From: Eledone cirrhosa
Taxonomy: Eukaryota
Assembly: GCA_964016885.1 (NCBI GenBank)
Contig: CAXHJY010001715.1
Coordinates: forward strand, 12,713-76,712
Direction of reading: 5' to 3'
Length of the DNA stretch: 64,000 bases
Positions within the stretch are counted from its first letter, which is position 1. The number at the start of each line of letters is the position of its first letter. Made by a program: the position numbers and the translations under genes. Of the stretch, positions 40,668 to 52,680 are shown piece by piece. A model generated the notes under the pieces. The model worked only from the letters and a program-made list of their open reading frames with translations, did no database searches and had not been told where the DNA came from.

Positions 40668-40709
40668 AGCTCTGATGATTGCCAAACAGCATGAAACAGA
40701 CTGTTAGCT
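40668..40709 (+). ncRNA. Minimal type I hammerhead ribozyme motif (GUU site)
   Basis: AGCT-CTGATGA-t-TGC-caaaca-GCA-t-GAAACAG-a-CTGT-T-AGCT. Confidence 0.6.
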
Positions 40710-40869
40710 TCTCTGCCTTCTTTCGCCGAAAAGAAGTAAGTAACATAGTCACTACTTTAAAATGATAGCAGAAGGTCTTCAAAATGTTTTTAATTAAACA
40801 TACGGTATATTGCCAAATATACTATACATACATTCATGTATACATCGCTATTTCAGAGCACCAATCCTA

Positions 40870-40902
<33 letters not shown>

Positions 40903-40924
40903 TATATATACTCAGTTCCTAGTT

Positions 40925-41522
40925 GTTTCCTGTTCATTATTGTCCTACAGACTATAACAGAAGAATGTAATACTCGCTGCCCATGGGAACCTCTGTATCC
41001 AGATGATCTAACCCTTATAGCTGAAACTATGGCAGAATTAGAGAAGAAATTCCACACCTGGAAGCATGGCCTCGAATCAAAAGGTCTTAAAGTTAACTTG
41101 TCAAGGACTAAAGTCCTAGAATGTAGAAAGGAAAACAGGGCCCAGATTCCCTCAGGGAAATGGCTTTGCTCAGTATGCAGAAAAGGAGTAGGTAGAAATT
41201 CCATCCTATGGGTACACAAAAGATGTAGTCGTATCACAAGCAGGCTATCAAAGAACGTAGGTTTTATATGCAACCGATGCACAGTTGCAGTAAGTAGCAA
41301 GAGCCCACAGTAGCTCCTTCAAATGCCCAGAAGGATCTGTAAAAGTAGTAGATAGTTTCTGTTAACTGGGTGACCAAATTAGTAGGGGAAGAGGGTGTTC
41401 TGAAAGTACAGTATCCAGAGTAAGAATGGAATGGAAAAAGTTCAGGAAGCTACTATCGTTGCTAGTTACAAAAGGTTTTTTCATCAAAATGAAGGACAGA
41501 TTGTATATTGCATATATATGAA
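40925..41522 (+). mobile_element. Old RTE RT fragment
   Basis: LFIIVLQTITEE..LYPDD..GLKVNLSRTKVL..GKWLCSVC, with a partly deleted PHD finger. Confidence 0.88.
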
Positions 41523-41939
41523 ATCATCTTCACATCAATAGACTTAAAATGGTGGGGATGGGGATGGTGATGGTAGGGGCGATGGTGGTGGTGGTGGTAT
41601 AAGTAGTAGTGGTGTAGTATGATTTAAGTGATGGCTGTGGTGGTAGTGGTGTTGATGATGATGATGGTAATAATGATCATGATGATTTTCAATCAGGCAA
41701 GCAAAAGTTTCATGTACTTTAGGGTATATTTTTTTCTGTAAATCCTAATTGCACCAATGAGCAAACAACAAAGTAGAGAACCAATTCAACTGAGACAAAC
41801 AACATTACTTACCCTCAATTTAACATCCACTGAAATGGTTTTGGAAGCTGAGCTTTTGTCTTTGTGTTTGTTGTTGTTGTGGATACGGCATGTTCGAATG
41901 GTTAAGAAGTTCATTTTGCAATCATTAGGGTTGGGTTTG

Positions 41940-42295
41940 CTCTCATTTTCATCCTTTCTCAACACATCTCATTCCATTTTTCTTCACAACATTCATCACT
42001 GGATCTATTTCTCTCACCCAGTTTCTTTTATCTCAACTCAACACAAAACCCAACCATCTCATTCCATTTCTTTTCACAATATTCATCACTAGACCTATTT
42101 CTTTCACCCAGTCACTTTTTTCCCTCCTCAACTTATGAGCCAACCATCTTATTCCATTTCTCTTTGCAACATTCAACGAAAGTTCAATACCTCTTGACCA
42201 ATCATTCTCATTCTTCTTCAACACATAACACAACCATCTCACCCCATTTTTCTTCATAACATTGATCATTGGTTCCAATCCCATCATCCTCTACA
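41940..42295 (-). repeat. ~90-bp degenerate tandem repeat derived from an RTE thumb motif
   Basis: Minus strand reads KKNGVRWLCYVLKK, KRNGIRWLAHKLRR, KRNGMRWLGFVL in succession. Confidence 0.55.
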
Positions 42296-42297
42296 AT

Positions 42298-42401
<104 letters not shown>

Positions 42402-43944
42402 CGCAATACTTCACAGTTTTGTCTTTTGCATGAAATGCATATTTTAGTCAAGTAATTCCTATACGACACACATATAGGTTTCTTTTATTAAATCACAGAC
42501 TGTTTCTCATTTTATTAAGTTATTAATGTAAATCTTTCAAAACCAATTTGTTCAAACATACACTAAAATTAATAAATACATAAATGAACAAATAAATAGA
42601 TAACTAGCTAAATAAGTAATAATAAAACGTTGGTTGTGTGTAGATTTGAATGAGTCATCAGAATATAAACATTCTGTTGGAATCTTCCATAAATTATAGG
42701 TGCAGATATGGCTATGTGGTTAAGGAGTTCGTTTTTGTCACCATGTGGCTTTGGTTCAGCCCCATTGTATGGCACCTTCAGAAGCTTGTCATGTATTATC
42801 ATCATAATCAGTGTTTAATGATTATTTTCCATATACGTTAAATGTGGTTGGTATTAGGAAGGGCATCCAGCTGTAGAAAACCTGCCAGATAGTCCTATGC
42901 GAGCAAGATAATCACTCTTGCCTCAAGTGGGAAACCCCCGTCCAAACCCATGCAAGCGTGGAACACGGACGTTAAACGTTGATGTTAGATGGATTTGTGT
43001 GTGTGTGTGTGTGTGTGCATGGATGGGGAAATGATAAAAACTGCAGGGAGACAGTAAAATGAACAAGAACTGTAGACAAAGAAAGAAGGAACCTCCCATC
43101 ATCAGCTACCCAACTTTGGATATCATTGCAGCTTCATGTAATTACAGATAGAACTACTAATTACAATGTGAGCTGCAGTGATAAAAATATAATACTACTT
43201 GGAAAAGAAACAATACATATGTGTTCCTGCTCCTTACCTGTAAGGGTTGTAATGCTTCAGTTATCAATTGTCCAGGTTTTCTCCCTTCCAGATCCTCTCT
43301 GGTGTTTCAAGATATGTAATTTTTGTGCTTCCATCTCGTGCCTCTCAGGACAGGTTGTAGGTACATCGCAGCATTGGGTGGAAACTGCAATACTTTTTTC
43401 AAACAGGCCCCTCTACCAAAGACCTGAACGTGTCCCTTTAGTATCCAGTGGGAAGGACAATGCGGTATAGATGTCTTTATTGTTTCTGGTTATATTGCAG
43501 TGTTTAGGTAGACTCATTCATGCCAGTCACCAATTTGATACATTTTTCAGACCCATGAAGAATACGTGTTTTTAGAGGCAACCTTTACTCACCTCATCAT
43601 AGCTACATAACTGGGCTGTGATAGTTTTCTTGGGAGTTAACTGAGTCACCCTTTGTTCCATCTCCTCTAGTAGTTTACCGCCGTTGATCCGGGGCTGCTT
43701 ACTCGTCCAGCAGGAGCCCACTTATATCACAACTAAACATCATATCTAGTGGCTGTATCACTCTCTGCCACCTGTGACTCATTCCATAGCAGAACAGTTC
43801 CATTTTCCATAGTCTGTTTTATGACAGCTTCCTTCGTTCTGCTGTTTCCCATGCTGTAATCATACTTGCATGACCTCTTGCCGCATAATCATACTTGCAT
43901 GACCTCTTGCTGCTCCTAATGTGCAATTTATTGTGGTATATATA

Positions 43945-44138
43945 TATAATTGTGTCTACTTTTGGCACAAGGCCAGCAATTATCCCAGTGTATTACTGGT
44001 ACTTTATTTTATCGACCCCGTAAGGCTGAAAGGCAAAGTTAAGCTCGGCGGGATTTGAACTCAGAATGAAAAGGGCCGTAACTCTATGCTGCAAAGCATG
44101 GCGTCAGACCCTCTAACGATTCTGCCAAGTCACCACCC
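43945..44138 (-). mobile_element. SINE family S1
   Basis: Homologous to other S1 copies. Confidence 0.88.
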
Positions 44139-44729
44139 TCTTATATATATATTATTATATATATATAATCACAATGAATTGCACCCAACCAACTCTGTAA
44201 TGTGGTTGGTATTAGGAAGGGTACCCAGCATTCAAAACCAAGCCAAAATGGTACATATGAGCAAGACATGGTCATCTGACTTATCTAGACTCCAAATGTG
44301 ACAACCCATCTAATGTATGCAAGCATGTATGTAAAGGTAAATGGTGATGATGATGATATACATGTGAAACGTGTGTATGTGTATGTTTGCCTGTATGTAT
44401 GTGTATAGGTATGTGCATGTGTCTGTTTGTCGGTTTCTTTCTCTTGTAATTAAAGGTTCAACAAAATGAGAAGTACCAGACTTGAAAAAATAAGTACTGC
44501 GGTCAATATGATCAAATAAAATCCCTTCAAGGCAATGTCCTAGCATGGCCACAATCTAATAACAGGGTGAAACCAGTAAAAGAATAAATGAATACATTTA
44601 TAATGTATATGGGAAGGAAAGAAAGAAAGAGAGAGAGATTACAAGATTTCTAGATAGTATAATAAGCTGTTAAGTAGGTTGTATACTCCAAAAGCGTAAA
44701 GACAGACCTGGATGTGTCTGTCTATATGT

Positions 44730-44829
<100 letters not shown>

Positions 44830-44846
44830 ATATATATGTATATATG

Positions 44847-44947
<101 letters not shown>

Positions 44948-45047
44948 ATATATGTGAAGTAATTCCATCGGAAAAGTCCAGGAAAAAAGAGTGCTCTATG
45001 TAAGCAACAGAGCTTAATTATTATGTTTATTACATAATAATAATATA

Positions 45048-45080
<33 letters not shown>

Positions 45081-45276
45081 ATATATATAAATATATATGT
45101 ATATATGTATATATATATATATGTATATATGTATATATATATATATAAATATATAAATATATATGTATATATGTACATATATATATATATAAATGTATAT
45201 ATGTATATATATATATATATGTATATGTATATATATATATGTATATATATGTATATATATATATATATGTATATGT

Positions 45277-48010
45277 CATCATCATCATCATCACCGTTTT
45301 ACGTCCGTTCTTCCACGCTAGCATGGGTTAGACGGGTTGTCCTGTTGTGGGCAGTGTCTGGTCGGCTGACCATGCCTTGCTCATACAGGAACTGATCTGG
45401 CTTGATTTCTACAGCTGGATGCCCTTCCTAACACCAACCTCATTTACAGTGAGTGCTGGGTGCTTTTTCGTGGCGCCTACACGTCCACTTTACAGTGTGG
45501 GCTGGGTGCTTTTTTGCCGTGGCACCTCCACGACCACCTTGCGGTGGGGGGAGTGGGGGCATATTGTTTATATGCTTCAGCATGTACCCATGGGAGGTCG
45601 GGTACCCTGTATTACTGCGTGACGCCAGAAGTCACGGTCGTGTGTCATTGTCTTTGAGAGGTGTAGTTGGGTAAAGTCGGCTTTTATCACCTCATCCCAA
45701 GTCATCTTGGGTCTCCCCACTCCGCGGTTTCCATCAACTTCTAGTGCTCTGCACCTTTTTATGCAGCTGTCATCCTTCATACGCATCACATGTCCATACC
45801 AGCGTAACCGCCTCTCCTGCACGCAGCATTTGATTCCTCTTATGCTCAGTCTCTCTCTCAATTCCTTTATACTTTGTCGTTCACGTACACTACTGTTACA
45901 CATCCATCGGAGCATGCAGGCTTCGTTTCTCTCTAATCTACGTAAGTCTTCCACCTTCAGCGCCCAGGTCTCACTACCATGCAACATCGCTGTTCGGATA
46001 CACGCATCATACAGTCTGCCTTTCATTCTGAGGGAGAAGCCTTTTGCAGCTAGCAGTGGTAGTAGTTCCCTAAACTTGTTCCATCCCGTTCTTACCCTAG
46101 TTATTGTACTTTCTGAGCACCCACCTCCGTTGCTAATTCGGTCACCTAGGTAGCAGAAGCTGTCTACTGTTTCTACAGGGCCCTCCCAGAGATTGGTGGT
46201 ACTTGTTTCCTGTGGCTGTTTGCTTGCTGTTTCAGCACAGCTGCTGCATGTGAATCCTACATTCTTAATTAAGCTTCCTGAGATCCCGCTACATCTCTTG
46301 TGTACCCATTGTTTGCATTTGGGGCAGAGAATGGAGTTCCTACCTACACCTTTCCTACATACTGAGCAAGGCCATTTCCCTGAGGGGATCTGGGTTCTGT
46401 TTTCTCGTCTACTTACAAGGACCTTAGTCTTTGTCATGTTGACTTTGAGGCCCTTTCTCTCTAGTCCCTGCTTCCAGGTTTGGAATTTATTCTCTAGTTC
46501 TACCATAGATTCAGCTATGAGTGCGAGGTCATCAGCATACAGGAGTTCCCATGGGCATCCGGTCTTAAACTCCTCCGTTATTGCCTGCAGGACTATGATG
46601 AACAGGAGAGGGCTAAGAACAGAGCCCTGGTGGACCCCAACCTGTACGCTAAATTCCTCGCTATACTCATTGCTAATCCTAACTTTGCTGACTGCTCCCC
46701 TATACATGGCTTGTACCGCTTTCACATCTACTCCTAGTTTTCTAAGAGCCCACCAGATTACTGCACGTGGAACTCTGTCAAAGGCTTTCTCAAGGTCGAC
46801 AAATGCCAAGTAGAGTGGCTTACTTTTAGCTAGGTACTTTTCCTGTAATTGCCTCACAAGGAAGAGGGCATCAGTGGTGCCTCTCCCTGGTACAAACCCA
46901 AATTGCATCTCGTCTATATTCACCCGGTCCCTAATCAGCTGTGCTATAACTCTTTCTGTTACTTTCATGACCTGGTCCATCAACTTTATACCTCTATAGT
47001 TTCCTCTATCTAGTGCATCGCCTTTACCTTTGTAGCAGTTGACAATGATGCTACTGCACCAATCTTTTGGTATGGCCCCTTCTAGTATTACCTGGTTAAC
47101 GATACGTGTGGTTATAGTGTGACCTACAGACCCAGATGCCTTCAGCATCTCGGCAGCTATACCCGATGGACCGGTTGCCTTCCCCATCTTCATATCTCTG
47201 ATTGCCTTACTTACTACGCTGCCGCTGACTTGTACTGCTGGTCCCTCTATAGGGTCTACATGGGGTAGGGTCTCTTCTTCCCATGCATTCTCCTCATTTA
47301 GTAATCTATCATAATGACTCTTCCATGCATCTTTCTTCTCAGCACTTGTGAGGGCAAGCTCACCTTTATCATTCCGGATACACTTCTCTCCAATGACATC
47401 ACAACTATCTCTGACACACTGCCTCGCAATCTTGAATACCTCCTGTTTCTGGTCCTCACGTTGTAAAACATGCTTGAATTTTCTATCCTCTGCTTCCCTC
47501 CTAGCTAAGTATACTTGTCGCCTAGCTTCCCTCTTGGTCTCTATGTAATGTACCCTGCTCCCCCCGTTCTTCCATTCTTTCCATGCCTGTCTCTTGGCCT
47601 TGACTGCTTCATCTACCTTATTGTTCCACCACCAAGTCACTCTCCTCCTGCTTGAGGTCTTACTCCAGCCACAAACCTCATCTGTCGCCTCTAGTAAGTT
47701 ATTTTTTAGGAACTCCCAGTTCTCTTCTACGTTAAATGTCTGTATCTGTTCTTTACTGTCGTAGGCGTTGAGTAAAATATCTTTAAATCTGTTACTGGTT
47801 GAGGGGACTTTCAGCTTCCAGATCTTTCTTCTCCAGGTTGGCCTCTGTTTCAGGGCTCGTCTAGTTCTGACCGTGAGGTCGCTGACAACTAAGCTATGTT
47901 GGGATGTACATTCCTCACTAGGGAAGGCTTTTGTGTTTACGACCGTCCATCTGTCACGTCCTCTGATGAGGATAAAATCTAACTGACTAGAGTGCTCCCC
48001 TGATCTATAG
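45277..48010 (-). mobile_element. RTE LINE family C, 5'-truncated
   Basis: 687-aa ORF 45577-47640 nearly identical to the ORF at 49302-51797; (ATG)n tail. Confidence 0.96.
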
Positions 48011-48959
48011 CTTCCGTTACCTGGGCGATAAAATCAGCAGTGGGGGAGGGTGCTCTGAAAGTACTGTAGCTAGAGTCAGAACTGGTTGGAAAAAGTTCAG
48101 AGAGCTTATACCACTATTAGCTGCTAAAGGGTTCTCCCTAAAAATGAAAGGCAGGTTGTACGATGCCTGCATACGAACAGCAATGCTGCATGGCAGTGAG
48201 ACCTGGGCATTGTGTGCAGAGGATATACGCAGACTAGAGAGGAACGAAGCTTGCATGCTCCGCTGGATGTGTAACAGTAATATACGTGAACGGCAAAGCA
48301 TAAACGAACTAAGGAAAAAATTAGAGATAAGAGGGATCAGATGTTTACTCGAGAGAAGGCTACGTTGGTATGGACACGTGATGCGCATGAAAGTCGATAG
48401 CTGTATAACAAAGTGCAGGGCAATAAAGATAGACGGTAGTCACGGAATAGGCAGACCTAGAAAAACCTGGGACGAGCTGATAAACTCCGACATCACACAC
48501 TTGCACCTATCCAAGACAATGTCACTGGACCGAGACCTTTGGCGGTACTCAGTAACAGAGAAGGCCCGCCTTACCTAAATATATAGTAAAACCTACTCCA
48601 GCCAGTAGGCATCTCTAACAAAATACACCCCGTCCCACCACCACCACCCCCACCCCATCCACACCACCCCGTTCTATGTAAAGTTATGTTGGTGCCGCGC
48701 CATCGAGGCCAAAACAAATGAGATCATGTAGGTGTCACGACAAAAAAACACACAGTCCACGCTGTAATGTGGCAACACGGTAAAAACCTCCCAGACCCAC
48801 ACTGTAAATGTGGTTGGTGTTAGGAAGGGCATCCAACTGCAGAAAACCTGCCAGACAGTCCTATGCGAGCAAGACAATCACTCTTGCCTCAAGTGGGACT
48901 ACCCCCGTCCAAACCCATGCAAGCGTGGAACACGGACGTTAAACGTTGATGATGATGAT
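48011..48959 (+). mobile_element. RTE LINE family A, 3' fragment
   Basis: Near-identical to 62082-63020; begins at FRYLG; (ATG)n tail. Confidence 0.95.
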
Positions 48960-49000
48960 ATAATATATATATATAATATATATAATATATATATATAATA

Positions 49001-52000
49001 TCATCATCATCATCATCATCACCGTTTTACGTCCGTTCTTCCACGCCAGCATGGGTTAGACGGGTTGTCCTGTTGTGGGCAGTGTCTGGTCGGCTGACCA
49101 TGCCTTGCTCATACAGGAACTGATCTGGCTTGATTTCTACAGCTGGATGCCCCTCCCAACACCAACCTCATTTACAGTGAGTGCTGGGTGCTTTTTCGTG
49201 GCGCCTACACGTCCACTTTACAGTGTGGGCTGGGTGCTTTTTTGCCGTGGCACCTCCACGACCACCTTGCGGTGGGGGGGGGGGCATATTGTTTATATGC
49301 TTCAGCATGTACCCATGGGAGGTCGGGTACCCTGTATTACTGCGTGACGCCAGAAGTCACGGTCGTGTGTCATTGACTTTGAGAGGTGTAGTTGGGTAAG
49401 GTCGGCTTTTATCACCTCATCCCAAGTCATCTTGGGTCTCCCCACTCCGCGGTTTCCATCAACTTCTAGTGCTCTGCACCTTTTTATGCAGCTGTCATCC
49501 TTCATACGCATCACATGTCCATACCAGCGTAACCGCCTCTCCTGCACGCAGCATTTGATTCCTCTGATGCTCAGTCTCTCTCTCAATTCATTTAAGCTTT
49601 GTCGTTCACGTATATTACTGTTACACATCCATCGGAGCATGCAGGCTTCGTTTCTCTCTAATCTACGTAAGTCTTCCACCTTCAGCGCCCAGGTCTCACT
49701 ACCATGCAACATCGCTGTTCGGATACACGCATCATACAGTCTGCCTTTCATTCTGAGGGAGAAGCCTTTTGCAGCTAGCAGTGGTAGTAGTTCCCTAAAC
49801 TTCTTCCATCCCGTTCTTACCCTAGTTATTGTACTTTCTGAGCACCCACCTCCGTTGCTAATTCGGTCACCTAGGTAGCAGAAGCTGTCTACTGTTTCTA
49901 CAGGGCCCTCCCAGAGATTGGTGGTACTTGTTTCCTGTGGCTGTTTGCTTGCTGTTTCAGCACAGCTGCTGCATGTGAATCCTACATTCTTAATTAAGCT
50001 TCCTGAGATCCCGCTACATCTCTTGTGTACCCATTGTTTGCATTTGGGGCAGAGAATGGAGTTCCTACCTACACCTTTCCTACATACTGAGCAAGGCCAT
50101 TTCCCTGAGGGGATCTGGGTTCTGTTTTCTCGTCTACTTATAAGGACCTTAGTCTTTGTCATGTTGACTTTGAGGCCCTTTCTCTCTAGTCCCTGCTTCC
50201 AGGTTTGGAATTTATTCTCTAGTTCTACCATAGATTCAGCTATGAGTGCGAGGTCATCAGCATACAGGAGTTCCCATGGGCATCCGGTCTTAAACTCCTC
50301 CGTTATTGCCTGCAGGACTATGATGAACAGGAGAGGGCTAAGAACAGAGCCCTGGTGGACCCCAACCTGTACGCTAAATTCCTCGCTATACTCATTGCCA
50401 ATCCTAACTTTGCTGACTGCTCCCCTATACATGGCTTGTACCGCTTTCACAAGCCATTCATCTACTCCTAGTTTTCTAAGAGCCCACCAGATTACTGCAC
50501 GTGGAACTCTGTCAAAGGCTTTCTCAAGGTCGACAAATGCCAAGTAGAGTGGCTTACTTTTAGCTAGGTACTTTTCCTGTAATTGCCTCACAAGGAAGAG
50601 CGCATCAGTGGTGCCTTTCCCTGGAACAAACCCAAATTGCATCTCGTCTATATTCACCCGGTCCCTAATCAGCTGTGCTATAACTCTTTCTGTTACTTTC
50701 ATGACCTGGTCCATCAACTTTATACCTCTATAGTTTCCTCTATCTAGTGCATCGCCTTTACCTTTGTAGCAGTTGACAATGATGCTACTGCACCAATCTT
50801 TTGGTATGGCCCCCTCTAGTATTACCTGGTTAACGATACGTGTGGTTATAGTGTGACCTACAGACCCAGATGCCTTCAGCATCTCGGCAGCTATACCCGA
50901 TGGACCGGTTGCCTTCCCTATCTTCATATCTCTGATTGCCTTACTTACTACGCTGCCGCTGACTTGTACTGCTGGTCCCTCTATAGGGTCTACGTGGGGT
51001 AGGGTCTCTTCTTCCCATGCATTCTCCTCATTTAGTAATCTATCATAATGACTCTTCCATGCATCTTTCTTCTCAGCACTTGTGAGGGCAAGCTCACCTT
51101 TATCATTCCGGATACACTTCTCTCCAATGACATCACAACTATCTCTGACACACTGCCTCGCAATCTTGAATACCTCCTGTTTCTGGTCCTCACGTTGTAA
51201 AACATGCTTGAATTTTCTATCCTCTGCTTCCCTCCTAGCTAAGTATACTTGTCGCCTAGCTTCCCTCTTGGTCTCTATGTAATGTACCCTGCTCCCCCCG
51301 TTCTTCCATTCTTTCCATGCCTGTCTCTTGGCCTTGACTGCTTCATCTACCTTATTGTTCCACCACCAAGTCACTCTCCTCCTGCTTGAGGTCTTACTCC
51401 AGCCACAAACCTCATCCGTCGCCTCTAGTAAGTTATTTTTTAGGAACTCCCAGTTCTCTTCTACGTTAAATGTCTCTATCTGTTCTTCTTTACTGTCGTA
51501 GGCGTTGAGTAAAATATCTTTAAATCTGTTACTGGTTGAGGGGACTTTCAGCTTCCAGATCTTTCTTCTCCAGGTTGGCCTCTGTTTCAGGGCTCGTCTA
51601 GTTCTGACCGTGAGGTCGCTGACAACTAAGCTATGTTGGGATGTACATTCCTCACTAGGGAAGGCTTTTGTGTTTACGACCGTCCATCTGTCACGTCCTC
51701 TGATGAGGATAAAATCTAACTGACTAGAGTGCTCCCCTGATCTATAGGTGATCAGGTGGTTGTCGGGTTTTTTAAAGTTTGTGTTACATATCGACATGTC
51801 ATTGGCGTCGCAGAATTCTAGAAGTCTGAATCCTTCCTCATTCCTTGTGCCAACTCCATGGCCTCCATGTACTCTATTGAAGCCGTCGCAGTGTTTACCT
51901 ACGTGTCCGTTAAAATCTCCTGCAATGATTAGGAAGTCCTTGTCGTCTGTTAGAGCAGTAGTGTGTATTAGGGACTCGTAAAACCTATCCTTAAGTTCGT

Positions 52001-52680
52001 CTGGCAGCCCCGATTGGGGGTGCGTAAGCTGATATTATTGTGGTAATTGTCTTATTCAGGACTAGTCTGAGTTTAATGATTCTTGCATTTACCCTGTACA
52101 CTGAGATTACTTTATCTACCCACTTGTCAGCTAATAGTATACCTACACCACCCATCCCATCGTCATTTCCCACCCAGAAAAATTTGTAGCACTGGCTTTT
52201 TCCTACAAGGACTCTAGCAGACCCTCCTCTCCATCTAGTCTCTTGCACACAGCATACATCAACTTCCTTTCGCTCTAGCATTTCTACGATTTCTCCTGCT
52301 CTTCCTTTCATTGAGCCTACATTGATGGTACCAACTCGGAGTTTTGGGCATTTGTCGACACTCGTAGGGGAGGGTCTCTGGGTTGGCGCTTCACGTGGGT
52401 GCTTGGTAGCTCGCAGATTCATATTTCATCTATTGATTCAGAGTTGCTCGTGTATTCCCAGCTCATCCATCCATAACGGTGGGAAAATTGAGGGCTAGAA
52501 GGACAGTGGTGGTGGGGTAATGGCAGGGTGTGTTGGGATGCGCCAGAGGAGGAGAGAGTTAGTTAGGCAGGTAGTAGCAGCAGCAGCAGTGGAAATGGCA
52601 TGCTAGGTTTGATTGGTCGAATAGACTATGGTGGTGAGTGGGGGTGGGGGGAGGGAAATTGTGAGGTAGGAACTGAGGGT
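49001..52680 (-). mobile_element. RTE LINE family C with full-length coding region (may extend to 55255)
   Basis: Complete APE (VGTINV, CVQETRW, AGDFNGHVG, QLDFIL, QHSLV), RT, thumb, 3' UTR and tail. Confidence 0.97.
49302..52422 (-). CDS. RTE APE-RT polyprotein with internal PHD finger, ~1039 aa; one +1 frameshift in a G5 run at 52016-52020
   Basis: ORF 51991-52422 joins the open frame leading into 49302-51797 if one base is removed (3121 bp = 3x1040+1). Confidence 0.85.

Larger units (their letters stand above)
40255..40872. mobile_element. Penelope-like pLTR remnants with an inverted repeat and hammerhead motifs
   Basis: IR at 40322-40416 and 40422-40518; 40-bp direct repeat at ~40519 and ~40832; left end resembles ~44958-45025. 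Confidence 0.65.

Noticed and set aside
45707-51981. Long antisense ORFs over RTE elements
   Set aside because: Shadows of the RT reading frame with no independent motifs.
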